A stretch of DNA of 64,000 bases, taken from Methanobacteriota archaeon (GTDB taxonomy: Archaea; Thermoplasmatota; Thermoplasmata; Thermoplasmatales; GCA-001856825). The translations under genes and the position numbers were made by a program. The stretch is taken from assembly GCA_017857235.1 (NCBI GenBank), contig JAFMDN010000003.1, positions 2,005 to 66,004 of the forward strand. Reading direction: 5' to 3'. The notes beneath the pieces are model-generated. The model was not told where the DNA came from. It saw nothing but the letters and a program-made list of their open reading frames with translations, and ran no database searches. This document shows positions 36,869-46,672 of the stretch, piece after piece; positions within the stretch are counted from its first letter, which is position 1, and every line of letters begins with the position of its first letter.

Positions 36869-38800
36869 CTATTTCCCCTGGAAATCATTTTTTTCCAAGG
36901 TTGAGAGTGTGAATGATCTTTGACCTCCAAATGGTTTGAACTCTTTACCATTACCTTTGTAAAATTTGCTGAAGAATTCAACATAAATCAACCTCGCTCC
37001 CTGGATACCTGGTTCGAATATTGCTATCACTATATTCAATAGCTGACCTATTAGTAGGATGATTATTCCGAAAATGATCATTATACCGTGCCCAATTGTT
37101 CCTTCAAATATACTGTCAAAAACAAGAGCTAAAGTTACTGATGCCAAAAGTATACCCACAAGCCTAGTATAGGATAAAATGTGGCTTATTATGGTGGTTA
37201 CTTCCATTAGGGCTTGTAACTTTTCTGCATAGACTACAATACCCAAACCTGCAATTACCATAATTAGTGAAGCAATTGATGAAACATTAGTGGTAGAAAA
37301 TTGATGTCTCAATATCTGAAGACCTAAAATAACTATACCCATGGCAATCAAAAGCCATCCTATCTTTCCAAGAGCCTCCCTCATATGACCATTTCTGAAA
37401 TTCACTATAAAGCCGAATATTAATCCAAGATCAACCATTGCGACTCCTACATACCCCGAGATAAGTAATAATTTAATCAAACCGAATGAACTCAGGACTT
37501 CGAAATGTGGATAATTTAATTGGAAACCAAAATAATTGTCGAAGATTATCCCCAAAGCAATTGATATTATTGCACCAGGAAGCATAGCTTTTCCTAGTAT
37601 CTTAAGGCTTCTCCTACTCATTATGCTTAAAACAAACCTTGATATGGGTTTTGGAATATGTGATTTTTTAGGTGGATGATCTACCCTGTGAATTAGCCAT
37701 AAAGAGAGAGCTAAGATTATGATACCGTATCCAGCATCACCTATCATAAAACCGAAAAATATAGGGAAAACAAAGGCAAATATTACAGTGGGATCAATCT
37801 CATTAGCCTGAGGTAATGAATAAAATCTTATGAAAAATTCAAAAAATGATATTCTTTTAGGGTTATTTAATAAAGTTGGCGGCGTTTCATTGGTATCCAC
37901 AGGGAATATTACCAAAGAACCATCCGTTATTTTATTCAATACATCCTCTATTTTTTTAATGTTATTTTCTGTTGTCCAGCCCTCTATGATTGCAATTGTA
38001 CTTGTACCAAGGAGTTTTGAAACGACTTCCAATTTCTTCAATTCAATCTCCAATTGTTCCCTTATTGCGGCCACCAGATTATAATAATCTTCCGAAATTT
38101 TTCGTATCTCATTTTTTATATCCCTCAATTGTGATTCAATCTCGTTTGTTTCTTCTTTGATTTTTCTTATATTATTTGTGACTGTGCCCTCTAATTTTAT
38201 GATTTCGTAAGATTCGACCTTATACTTCTTTAGCAAATCACCCAATTGTGATTCCTTGCCTGATGGGATTACCACAATAGAATAATCCTCTCCTTGGATG
38301 ATTGATGCCTCTATCTTTCTAACTTCGCTTAAAAATGTATCGTCATTTTTCACGATAATGCTATAAACATTTTTACCCCACAAATAGGATAGATCGTCTT
38401 TATAAAAGGATAATTTATTCAAAATATCCAATCTGTCGTTGAGAAATTTCAATTTAGATTTTAAATTTTGTTCCGTCTGTGCAAGCCTTGTTACCGTCTC
38501 ATAAATGGTCAAATTCTTAGCCTTATCAAGAAGTTCATTTAGGTTTGCAAAATTTATCCTGTTCTTTCTTTCCACAGGGATTAAAATTGATTCCAGGCCC
38601 TTTATTCTCCTGTAATATTCGTTTACGGTATTATATAACTGTGAAGCCTCAACATTTTTTAGGCCTTCAACACTAAGAGTTATTGGCTCAATTTGAAGAA
38701 CTCCAAGATCATGTAAGGCTTCCAATGCCTGAGGAAGCTTTGATTTTGGAACGAATATCCTTATTTTCTTCATTTTGGCTGGAAGTATTATTTTACTCAC
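36869..38800 (-). CDS. atpI: A-type ATP synthase subunit I (a-subunit, stator/proton channel)
   Basis: 643 aa. N-terminal cytoplasmic coiled-coil half, C-terminal polytopic half with SHILSYTRLVGILLAS (conserved Arg region). Confidence 0.85.
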   Translation of the reverse strand: MSKIILPAKMKKIRIFVPKSKLPQALEALHDLGVLQIEPITLSVEGLKNVEASQLYNTVNEYYRRIKGLESILIPVERKNRINFANLNELLDKAKNLTIYETVTRLAQTEQNLKSKLKFLNDRLDILNKLSFYKDDLSYLWGKNVYSIIVKNDDTFLSEVRKIEASIIQGEDYSIVVIPSGKESQLGDLLKKYKVESYEIIKLEGTVTNNIRKIKEETNEIESQLRDIKNEIRKISEDYYNLVAAIREQLEIELKKLEVVSKLLGTSTIAIIEGWTTENNIKKIEDVLNKITDGSLVIFPVDTNETPPTLLNNPKRISFFEFFIRFYSLPQANEIDPTVIFAFVFPIFFGFMIGDAGYGIIILALSLWLIHRVDHPPKKSHIPKPISRFVLSIMSRRSLKILGKAMLPGAIISIALGIIFDNYFGFQLNYPHFEVLSSFGLIKLLLISGYVGVAMVDLGLIFGFIVNFRNGHMREALGKIGWLLIAMGIVILGLQILRHQFSTTNVSSIASLIMVIAGLGIVVYAEKLQALMEVTTIISHILSYTRLVGILLASVTLALVFDSIFEGTIGHGIMIIFGIIILLIGQLLNIVIAIFEPGIQGARLIYVEFFSKFYKGNGKEFKPFGGQRSFTLSTLEKNDFQGK

Positions 38801-39105
38801 CCCAGAATTATTTTAATTAGTTCTTCCAACAGCTTCGGCTCTATATTTCTCCTGAGCTTAGATAATTTCTCGTTATTTTCTAAATTTATTTTCTTGATTT
38901 CCTCTTCTACCTCTTTTCTGATATTATTTATATATTCATCGTAATAAACCTTGGATTCCTTCTCTGCGTTCTTAATAATTGACTCAGCCTTTTGACTTGC
39001 TTCTTCAATAATGTAAGAAGCTTTTTGCCTTGCTTCATTTAACCTTCTCTCAGATTCCTGTTCCTTCAACTTTATGGCTTTTAATGTGTCAATATCACTT
39101 CCCAA
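38797..39105 (-). CDS. atpH: A-type ATP synthase subunit H (peripheral stalk, G-like)
   Basis: 102 aa, E/K-rich coiled coil (KEQESERRLNEARQKASYIIEEASQKAESIIKNAEKE). TTG start immediately after an in-frame TAA, with GGGGGTGG 5-12 nt upstream (SD-like). 4-nt overlap with atpI. Confidence 0.6.
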   Translation of the reverse strand: MGSDIDTLKAIKLKEQESERRLNEARQKASYIIEEASQKAESIIKNAEKESKVYYDEYINNIRKEVEEEIKKINLENNEKLSKLRRNIEPKLLEELIKIILG

Positions 39106-39197
39106 TTAACCACCCCCAAATCAATATCATTGCCACTAAAAAAGTAGCAATATTAATTCCCATTATTATATAATACAAAGCAATAAACTTTGAAACA

Positions 39198-39842
39198 CTA
39201 TTCAATGCCCTCCCCCCGTTCCTCAATCTTTCCTTTTATCAACTTCAAAGTTATGAACATCTCCCTATCCATTTCATCAAGCCTCATTTTTATATAATTT
39301 GAAGTTGATACCAGCCTCGGTATGAGGACGTTTTCTATGGAATTCGTTCTCCTCTTTGTCTTATCAATTTCTAATAGGAGTTTTCTCATGGCTATTTCTT
39401 TTTCGGCAATTAATATTAATTCTTCTAAGAGTTTTTCAAATTGCCTTCTTGTCTCTAACAAGGATGAAGGCAATGATACATTCTCATAGAACTTTGTAAT
39501 AAATGTTTCACCATATTTTACTGAAACCTCTGGTATTCTAACACCCATAACATTCTTGATACCCACATTGACATTGGTTGGCTTTTGAAGTAAGACTAAA
39601 CTTTCAATTAATACTGTGCTTGACATTATTTCTGCTAGCCTTTCGCTTTTAATCGCTTTCACAACATCGTTGTGCAGATCCAATCTTAGACCCTTAACAT
39701 CCCTTACTATTTTAAAAAATTCCATTATTAGTGAAGATCTTTTAAGCTTTAATAATTCCAGTCCCCTCCTGGCTAATCTAATTCTTGATTTCGTTCTCAG
39801 TAACTCCATTCTGGTGGGTCTAATACTGGAAAGTTCCATCAT
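39198..39842 (-). CDS. atpD: A-type ATP synthase subunit D (central stalk)
   Basis: 214 aa. [30 protein letters not shown] is the canonical V/A-ATPase D N-terminus. Confidence 0.85.
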   Translation of the reverse strand: MMELSSIRPTRMELLRTKSRIRLARRGLELLKLKRSSLIMEFFKIVRDVKGLRLDLHNDVVKAIKSERLAEIMSSTVLIESLVLLQKPTNVNVGIKNVMGVRIPEVSVKYGETFITKFYENVSLPSSLLETRRQFEKLLEELILIAEKEIAMRKLLLEIDKTKRRTNSIENVLIPRLVSTSNYIKMRLDEMDREMFITLKLIKGKIEERGEGIE

Positions 39843-41218
39843 TTCACCGGTTTTCCGTACTTTTCAATGTACTCCTTCTTTACCCTCTTGAGTTCTCTCT
39901 CCGGGAACATCGAAAGGAGTTCCCAACCTATCTCTAGAGTTCTTTCTATACTTCTATCTTCATCATATCCCTGGGAAACGAACATCTCTTCAAACTTGTT
40001 GGCGAATTCCAAGTAAAGCCTATCATCTTTACCCAAGGCTTCTTGGCCCACTATTGCTGCCAAGCTTCTTAGGTCTACTCCCCTTCCATATGATGAATAA
40101 AGCTGATCTGCCACACCCCTATGATCTTCCCTAGTCCTTCCTTTTCCTATACCTTGATTCATTAACCTTGACAGTGATGGAAGAACATTAACTGGTGGAT
40201 ATATTCCTCTCCTATGTAAATCCCTGGAAAGCACTATTTGACCTTCAGTAATATAACCGGTTAAATCTGGTATTGGGTGAGTCATGTCATCTGATGGCAT
40301 TGAAAGGATAGGAAGCTGAGTGATAGATCCATTCCTACCCCTTATTTTTCCAGCCCTTTCGTAAATGGTGGATAGATCAGTGTACATATAACCTGGATAA
40401 CCTCTTCTGCCTGGAACTTCCTCTCTGGCAGCGGATATTTCTCTCAATGCTTCGCAGTAGTTTGTCATATCGCTTAAAATTACAAGAACGTGCATATCCT
40501 TCTCATATGCGAGATATTCTGCAGTTGTTAAGGCAACCCTTGGCAGGATAATCCTCTCCATGGAAGGATCTGAAGCTAGATTTAAAAATAGAACTGATCT
40601 GTTTAGTGCTCCTGTATTTCTAAACTCTTCTATAAAGAAATTAGCCTCTTCGGATGTTATACCCATGGCACCGAATACCACAGAGAAGCCCTCACTTGAA
40701 GACAGGACTTTTGCTTGCCTAGCTATTTGTGCTGCTAGCCTATTATGGGGTAGTCCTGATCCAGAGAAAATAGGTAACTTTTGTCCCCTAACCAGAGTAT
40801 TCATTCCGTCAATAGTAGATATTCCGGTTTCTATAAATTCCGATGGTTCTTCCCTTGAATAAGGATTTATTGCCTCTCCTACAATTTCTCTTTTTTCAGA
40901 GGCAATTATAGGCCCTAGGTTGTCTCTTGGTTCCCCTATACCATTAAATATTCTTCCTAGCATTTCGTCAGAAACTGGAACTCTTGCTGTTTCTCCCAGG
41001 AATTTGACGGATGTATTCCCTACATCAAGACCAGTAGTTTGACCAAAAACCTGAACTATAGCTAATCCCCTTCTTGATTCAAGAACCTGTCCTGTTCTCC
41101 TTTCCCCATTCTGAAGTCTTATTTCCACAAGTTCGTTGTAACCTACAGAACCTACACCTTCCACAAATAATAAAGGACCTGAAATTCTTGTAACACTCTT
41201 ATAAATTATATCGCTCAT
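39839..41218 (-). CDS. atpB: A-type ATP synthase subunit B
   Basis: 459 aa. [47 protein letters not shown]. Confidence 0.95.
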   Translation of the reverse strand: MSDIIYKSVTRISGPLLFVEGVGSVGYNELVEIRLQNGERRTGQVLESRRGLAIVQVFGQTTGLDVGNTSVKFLGETARVPVSDEMLGRIFNGIGEPRDNLGPIIASEKREIVGEAINPYSREEPSEFIETGISTIDGMNTLVRGQKLPIFSGSGLPHNRLAAQIARQAKVLSSSEGFSVVFGAMGITSEEANFFIEEFRNTGALNRSVLFLNLASDPSMERIILPRVALTTAEYLAYEKDMHVLVILSDMTNYCEALREISAAREEVPGRRGYPGYMYTDLSTIYERAGKIRGRNGSITQLPILSMPSDDMTHPIPDLTGYITEGQIVLSRDLHRRGIYPPVNVLPSLSRLMNQGIGKGRTREDHRGVADQLYSSYGRGVDLRSLAAIVGQEALGKDDRLYLEFANKFEEMFVSQGYDEDRSIERTLEIGWELLSMFPERELKRVKKEYIEKYGKPVK

Positions 41219-42969
41219 TTCTGCTCAACCCTCCCCGTTATCTCCTTTTGCATTTCATTGATTAGCGAATTGTAGTAATCTTCCACTTGATCATATTTTA
41301 CTTCTTTAAATCTTGATAGCTTTTCTCTAAATGGCAATGATTGAAGTTCTGATATTGTGATTCCTTTGCTTACTGCATATTTTTCCAGTTCATCCATCTT
41401 AATTATTGCGTCGAGCATGAGATATTGTTTCCTTAGTGGGCAATATGTATCAACTTCATCAAAAGCACTCTGCTGCAAGAAATCTTCCCTGATTGACCTT
41501 GCAATATCGAGAACTTCTTTTTCGTTCTCGGGAAGCGCATCATAACCAACCAATTGCGCCACTTCTTGTAATTCGCTTTCCTTTTGTAATATTTCCATAC
41601 TCTTTGCATAAACTTCATACCATCTCGGAGATACTTTTTCTGCAAACCAATTCCTTAATTCTGTTAAATAGAGAGAATAACTTGTGAGCCAATTAATTGA
41701 TGGGAAGTGCCTTCTTTGTGCCAGGCTTGCATCTAGTCCCCAAAATACCCTTGTAACTCTGAGGGTATTCTGAGATACTGGTTCAGAAATATCACCGCCA
41801 GGCGGAGAAACTGCCCCTATTATTGTAACAGATCCCCTCCTCTCCTGACTTGACTGGATTATTGAATTTCCAGCCCTTTCATAGAATTCTGCAAGCTTTC
41901 TGCCAAGATAGGCAGGATAGCCCTCTTCACCAGGCATTTCTTCAAGTCTCCCAGATATCTCTCTTAGTGCTTCTGCCCATCTTGATGTGCTGTCTGCCAT
42001 TAGGGCCACATCATACCCCATATCTCTGAAATATTCGGCTATAGTTACACCTGTATAAATTGATGCTTCCCTCGCAGCAACTGGCATATTTGATGTATTT
42101 GCAATCAAGACCGTTCTCTCCATTAATGGCCTTCCGGACTTTGGATCAGTTAGTTCAGGGAAGGTTGTAAGTATCTCGGTCATCTCGTTACCCCTCTCAC
42201 CGCAACCTACGTAAACCACAACATCTGAATCAGCCCATTTTGCCAATTGATGCTGTACAACTGTTTTTCCGGATCCAAAAGGACCTGGAACAGCAACAGT
42301 ACCTCCTTTAGCAACTGGGAAAAACGTATCGATTACCCTTTGTCCGGTAATCAGTGGTATATTTGGAGGCAATTTCCCTTTAACAGGCCTTGGCTGTCTA
42401 ACTGGCCAATAATGGGATAGTTTCAGCTCTACCAATCCGTTCTTCGTTGAAATATATCCTATTGTATCTAAAGCCTTGAATTTCCCCTCCTCTATACTGA
42501 CAATATCTCCCTCAATTCCAGGAGGAACCATAACTCTATTTTCAATAAGGGACGTTTCCTGAACCTTACCTACGATATCACCACCTAATAGGTGCTGACC
42601 CTTTTTAACTGTGGGAACAAATTCCCAGTACTTGTTCATGTCTACTGGATCTGGATATAGACCCCTTCGTATGAAATCACCACCAGAGGATCTTATAACA
42701 TCTAGAGGCCTCTGAATTCCGTCGTATATGGATTTCATAATACCCGGTCCAAGCAATACTGAAAGTGGCCTGCCTGTAGTATCAACTTTTTCATTAGGCC
42801 TCAATCCACTGGTATCCTCATAAACCTGGATTGTGGACTTGTTTCCCTCTATCCTTATAATTTCTCCAACCAAACCTAATTCTCCAACTCTCACAACGTC
42901 ATACATCTTGGCTCCCTGTATGTCTTCTGCAGTTACAACTGGACCAGCAATTCTAACAATCTTTCCCAT
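41215..42969 (-). CDS. atpA: A-type ATP synthase catalytic subunit A (no intein)
   Basis: 584 aa. P-loop [40 protein letters not shown]. Contiguous and of normal length. Confidence 0.95.
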   Translation of the reverse strand: MGKIVRIAGPVVTAEDIQGAKMYDVVRVGELGLVGEIIRIEGNKSTIQVYEDTSGLRPNEKVDTTGRPLSVLLGPGIMKSIYDGIQRPLDVIRSSGGDFIRRGLYPDPVDMNKYWEFVPTVKKGQHLLGGDIVGKVQETSLIENRVMVPPGIEGDIVSIEEGKFKALDTIGYISTKNGLVELKLSHYWPVRQPRPVKGKLPPNIPLITGQRVIDTFFPVAKGGTVAVPGPFGSGKTVVQHQLAKWADSDVVVYVGCGERGNEMTEILTTFPELTDPKSGRPLMERTVLIANTSNMPVAAREASIYTGVTIAEYFRDMGYDVALMADSTSRWAEALREISGRLEEMPGEEGYPAYLGRKLAEFYERAGNSIIQSSQERRGSVTIIGAVSPPGGDISEPVSQNTLRVTRVFWGLDASLAQRRHFPSINWLTSYSLYLTELRNWFAEKVSPRWYEVYAKSMEILQKESELQEVAQLVGYDALPENEKEVLDIARSIREDFLQQSAFDEVDTYCPLRKQYLMLDAIIKMDELEKYAVSKGITISELQSLPFREKLSRFKEVKYDQVEDYYNSLINEMQKEITGRVEQK

Positions 42970-42971
42970 TT

Positions 42972-43307
42972 TTAAATACCCCCTATATTCAATTTCAATC
43001 CCAAAACTTTTCTTGCTAAATCTGAAATAGTCTCTTCCTCCTTTAATACATTGACAGGAACAAAAATAACAAGCGGAGATACGCTCGTTTCTATTAAACT
43101 TAAAAATCGCTTATCTAAGGAATTGATAAATGAATTTGAAGCAAGTATAAGCCCGTATTCACCACTTCCATATATCATCTTTAGAGTTTCCTGGAAATCC
43201 TTTTCGCCAACGGGAAAAACATCCTCTATACCTACTAGTTTAAATCCTATAGCCAATTCCCTTTCGCCTATGAACGCGATTTTACCAAATTTTTGTTTCA
43301 CATCCAA
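42972..43307 (-). CDS. atpF: A-type ATP synthase subunit F
   Basis: 111 aa. IAFIGERELAIGFKLVGI is typical of V/A-ATPase F. Positioned between C and A. Confidence 0.8.
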   Translation of the reverse strand: MDVKQKFGKIAFIGERELAIGFKLVGIEDVFPVGEKDFQETLKMIYGSGEYGLILASNSFINSLDKRFLSLIETSVSPLVIFVPVNVLKEEETISDLARKVLGLKLNIGGI

Positions 43308-44375
43308 TTAAATCACCTTATTAATCAATAACATGGAAATTTCCTCTTCTGATAGGTTATAAAATTTTCCAGAAGCGATTTTTTTAATGTCTTTCCATTG
43401 AGCTTCTGCTCTCATCAGGAAAGCGATTACGTTATTTATGGAGAGTGAGCTCATTTCGAAAATTTCCAAAAATTCCCAATATATATTTCTCTCTATTTCA
43501 CTCTCAATTCCTACCAGAGAACTTGTATTCTTGTAATAATCTAGACCTGTTGTTATATTAAATATGCTCTTAACTTTCTGAATAACTTCTTCGACTGAAT
43601 TGCTTTTAATTAAATCGTCTATCTGTTGATCCGTCAATCCCCCTCCTTTAATAATGAAATCCTTTATATCTTCTACATTACCGTATTCTATTCCCTTTAA
43701 GATTGTCATCAGGTTTTTGGAGTCAATTATCCTTTTTATATACCTGTAAATAGGACCTTCGGAACCGTTGAAGAACCTAAATTTCTCTCTCATCATTTCA
43801 TAATAGTATAAGTCAAGGGATAACAAAAGCGATGTAACGTTATTATTCTTCTTATAATCGTCAATAAATGAAAGTAAAGCTTTACCATAACCGTATCTCA
43901 GGGTATAAGAAACTATATCCTCAATATTATCCATAGATAAAATGTTCCTATAATCCTCATAGCTTAAAAGTCCTGCATACATTCCTACAGGGAGGTTTTT
44001 AGAAGTAATCAAATAAATTTGGGTTTGTTCTATTTTATTATTGGCAGATTTAGCAGCGATTATGGTTTTTAAATTTAGCAGGTCCCATTTACTAAGGTAT
44101 GAGACAATTAGATCTTTTCCATTATATGGCGTAACACTCAAGGCATACCTATTTAATCTAGCAAAATATGAATTATTTGATATTTCAATTAAATCTAAGC
44201 CGGAGTATTGATTGGAATATTGACTTAGATCATCCTTTAGCCCTTTTTCGCTTAGGAGTGAAATAATGTCATTCACGCTGCTTGCCTTAATTAAATCTTC
44301 GTAATCCTTCTTTGACAACAGATTTAGCTTTTCAACCTTGAGTGTTCCATAAGGGAGGCCATATAATGATCTCAA
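43308..44375 (-). CDS. atpC: A-type ATP synthase subunit C (d-like)
   Basis: 355 aa, all-helical, repeated LK.I....N/E..L pattern. Operon position between E and F. Confidence 0.75.
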   Translation of the reverse strand: MRSLYGLPYGTLKVEKLNLLSKKDYEDLIKASSVNDIISLLSEKGLKDDLSQYSNQYSGLDLIEISNNSYFARLNRYALSVTPYNGKDLIVSYLSKWDLLNLKTIIAAKSANNKIEQTQIYLITSKNLPVGMYAGLLSYEDYRNILSMDNIEDIVSYTLRYGYGKALLSFIDDYKKNNNVTSLLLSLDLYYYEMMREKFRFFNGSEGPIYRYIKRIIDSKNLMTILKGIEYGNVEDIKDFIIKGGGLTDQQIDDLIKSNSVEEVIQKVKSIFNITTGLDYYKNTSSLVGIESEIERNIYWEFLEIFEMSSLSINNVIAFLMRAEAQWKDIKKIASGKFYNLSEEEISMLLINKVI

Positions 44376-44379
44376 TTTA

Positions 44380-44949
44380 TCACCCTAAAATATAATCCCT
44401 CATAACTTTCCTTAAACTTTCCATCCTGTTCCTAATTATTTCCTCTAGGGTATAATCTATCTCCATTTTTCCATCAGCACTTGTTATTATTACACCACCC
44501 AATGGATCAACTTCCTTTTGCACTACATTAAGGGGGAACGAAAATTTATTTATTTTTTCAATATCCCTTTGATTTGCATAAATTATAGCTCCCGGACCAA
44601 GTTTCTCCCAACCTTTCTGTATTCTATCATGGAGGAATTTCTCGTATTCTGGTGAATTAACAAACTCCTGAAGTTTTCTATTTAAGTTCTGCAAAATGTT
44701 TTCCTGAATTGATTCGATCTCCTTTTCAAACTTATTTCTGTTTTCTAGCAATGCTGCTGAGATTATTTGTCTTTTTAATTTATCTCCATCCATCTTGGCC
44801 TTTTTCTTCGAATTTTCGATAATCTGTTGGGCTTTAACCTCTGCGTCTTTTAACAACTGCTGGGCCTTGGAATTCGCTTCTTTCAGTATTTCTTCTTCTT
44901 GTCTATTTGTTTCTTCTTCAATCTCTTTTAGTATCTCTTCGAGTGGCAT
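44380..44949 (-). CDS. atpE: A-type ATP synthase subunit E (peripheral stalk)
   Basis: 189 aa. N-terminal E/K/Q-rich helix (EILKEIEEETNRQEEEILKEANSKAQQLLKDAE) plus a globular C-terminal domain. Confidence 0.8.
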   Translation of the reverse strand: MPLEEILKEIEEETNRQEEEILKEANSKAQQLLKDAEVKAQQIIENSKKKAKMDGDKLKRQIISAALLENRNKFEKEIESIQENILQNLNRKLQEFVNSPEYEKFLHDRIQKGWEKLGPGAIIYANQRDIEKINKFSFPLNVVQKEVDPLGGVIITSADGKMEIDYTLEEIIRNRMESLRKVMRDYILG

Positions 44950-44953
44950 AAGC

Positions 44954-45190
44954 TCACAGTATGTGCAGCAAGAGAATTAATCCCAGAACGAATCCGATTA
45001 TCCATAGTGTCTCAGGTATAACGAAGAAGAAAAGCACGGTTCCAAATTTCTCCGGTTTCTCAGCTATAACCCCCATACCAGAAGCACCAATTCCACTCTG
45101 CGCCATACCAGTTCCTACTAATCCACCAGCCATGGCGATAGATGCCGCAATGGCATATAATGCATCAACTTGAGTATACATGGGTATCAA
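44954..45190 (-). CDS. atpK: A-type ATP synthase subunit K (proteolipid c, single hairpin)
   Basis: 78 aa, two TM helices, Gly-rich helix 1 (GTGMAQSGIGASGMG), and an ion-binding Glu in helix 2 (VIPETLWIIG). Confidence 0.85.
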   Translation of the reverse strand: MIPMYTQVDALYAIAASIAMAGGLVGTGMAQSGIGASGMGVIAEKPEKFGTVLFFFVIPETLWIIGFVLGLILLLHIL

Positions 45191-45412
45191 TGGTGTATAA
45201 ATACTATCTTAAAAGTATTTCTCGATATTGATTTATATCCAATTTTTAATTATATCTAATTAAAACAAAAATTTGATGAAATTACCTCTATCTGTACGTT
45301 ATTTTAACCTTCTCAAAGATTACTGCAATTTTCAAATCGAAATTTTGATTCGTAAATAGGATGAAGCATTAATTGGTAAAATTAATGTAGTGCAAATTTA
45401 TGGCTGTTTTGC

Positions 45413-45483
45413 GCGAGTGTAGTGTAGCGGTAGCACAGAAGCTTCCCAAGCTTCTAACCCGGGTTCGAATCCCGGCACTCGCA
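45413..45483 (+). tRNA. tRNA-Gly (anticodon CCC)
   Basis: 71 nt: GCGAGTG-TA-GTGT-AGCGGTA-GCAC-A-GAAGC-TTCCCAA-GCTTC-TAAC-CCGGG-TTCGAAT-CCCGG-CACTCGC-A. All stems pair, CCA is not encoded, and a TTTT run follows. Confidence 0.9.
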
Positions 45484-45496
45484 TTTTAGGAAATAT

Positions 45497-45877
45497 TTAC
45501 TCTACATGGGTTATCTCAGAAATTATTGATTCAAACACATTGTCTAATAAAATGCCCAGATCAAATTCTTCCCACTTTTTTAATACATCCGATGGTCTAT
45601 AATATTCCACAAATGTCATATTATCTTTTTCAAAGATATAAATCCTTAAGGGCGGATCAATACCAGACGCTAGATTTCTAGAAAACATTTGGAATGCAAA
45701 ATCAGGTCTAAAGATTTCAAATATATAACTGCCAGGAATGTTAAATCCAGCCTTTCTCAAATTTTCTTGAGCATTGATTCTAGAAACAATTATCAAATTT
45801 GCCCTAGATATAGCTTCTTCCATATTTTTCAATGTTTCTTGGAAATTATATTTAGACCTCAACGTAATCGGTTTCAT
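45497..45877 (-). CDS. DUF302-domain protein
   Basis: 126 aa. Pattern ...IIVSRINAQENL...YIFEIFRPDFA...PPLRIYIFEKDN matches the DUF302 topology (H..A...G...ILE.CNP...LPCRI.V.E). Confidence 0.6.
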   Translation of the reverse strand: MKPITLRSKYNFQETLKNMEEAISRANLIIVSRINAQENLRKAGFNIPGSYIFEIFRPDFAFQMFSRNLASGIDPPLRIYIFEKDNMTFVEYYRPSDVLKKWEEFDLGILLDNVFESIISEITHVE

Positions 45878-45976
45878 TTATGGTGGTATTCAAATCTCGC
45901 ATAAATGAATTATTTTATATAGTTACAGATATATTAGTAAGAAAATCTAAAAAAGATTTAAATTTAAGCTTTCTAA

Positions 45977-46672
45977 ATGATATTTATGTCATTTAATTCA
46001 GAAAATTTTTACACACAACTGTATAGCTTTGTTAAGCAGCATCCGGCCACAAATAATGATTTCATAAATAGGTTTTCTAAGGGACAAGTCAGCCCCAGTG
46101 AATTCAATAGATTTTCTATTGAATTTTACCACTTTACACGGGAGTGGCCTTCAATCCTCGCAATACTCCTGGTTAATGAACCAAACGAATCTGATGCTTA
46201 CAATTTAACTAAAATATTGGTTTCTGAACTTGGTGATGATGACCCTAACAAAAGGCATGAATTATTATATAGAAGGTTTCTTAGATCTGTAGGGTTGAAT
46301 CCTTCTGAATTAATATTCAGGAAGAAACTTGATACAACAAGGGATTGGCTAGATGCCATGAGAAGGCTTTTCTCATCAAGTCATTTCAGGGCTTTAGGTG
46401 CTGAATTTGGCTTAGAAAACATGGCAATCCCAATGTGGGACAAATTGATCCCCGGATTAAATTACATCAAATCAAATTGGAAAGGATATGAGAAAATGGA
46501 TATTGAATACTTCACATTCCACAGGGAGCTGGAGATACATCATGAAGAAGCTATGGAAAATGTCCTTGGTGAACATATTGATGACGTATCTGCAAGGGAG
46601 GAATTTTACAACGGTGCTAAAGAGATTTTGGATTACGAAGAAAAATTCTGGTTAGGACTATCTGATAGGTGA
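45977..46672 (+). CDS. Heme-oxygenase-like iron-containing redox enzyme family protein (tentative)
   Basis: 231 aa, all-helical. Candidate metal-ligand motifs SELGDDDPNKRHELLY, GLENMAI and FHRELEIHHEEAM resemble the E..H pairs of the Haem_oxygenas_2/CADD-type family. ATG 45986 is an alternative start. Confidence 0.5.
   Translation: MIFMSFNSENFYTQLYSFVKQHPATNNDFINRFSKGQVSPSEFNRFSIEFYHFTREWPSILAILLVNEPNESDAYNLTKILVSELGDDDPNKRHELLYRRFLRSVGLNPSELIFRKKLDTTRDWLDAMRRLFSSSHFRALGAEFGLENMAIPMWDKLIPGLNYIKSNWKGYEKMDIEYFTFHRELEIHHEEAMENVLGEHIDDVSAREEFYNGAKEILDYEEKFWLGLSDR

Noticed and set aside
41433-41645. 70-aa same-strand out-of-frame ORF inside atpA. Alternative-frame ORFs also lie at 9729-9938 and 10757-10939 inside the GT-C-like gene.
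   Set aside because: They are embedded in well-supported genes and have a basic or low-complexity composition with no motif. They are most likely chance ORFs.
41215-42969. Checked atpA for an intein, since some Thermoplasmatales (for example Thermoplasma acidophilum) carry a VMA intein near the P-loop.
   Set aside because: The protein is 584 aa with a contiguous [17 protein letters not shown] region and no Cys/Ser-initiated insertion or HN-C/S/T junction, so there is no intein.
45330-45360. Imperfect inverted repeat AATCGAAA/TTTTGATT upstream of tRNA-Gly. Also a long-range CCAATAATTT/AATTTATTGG pair at about 59862-59930.
   Set aside because: They are short, contain mismatches and are composed almost entirely of A/T. 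They are indistinguishable from background in this composition.
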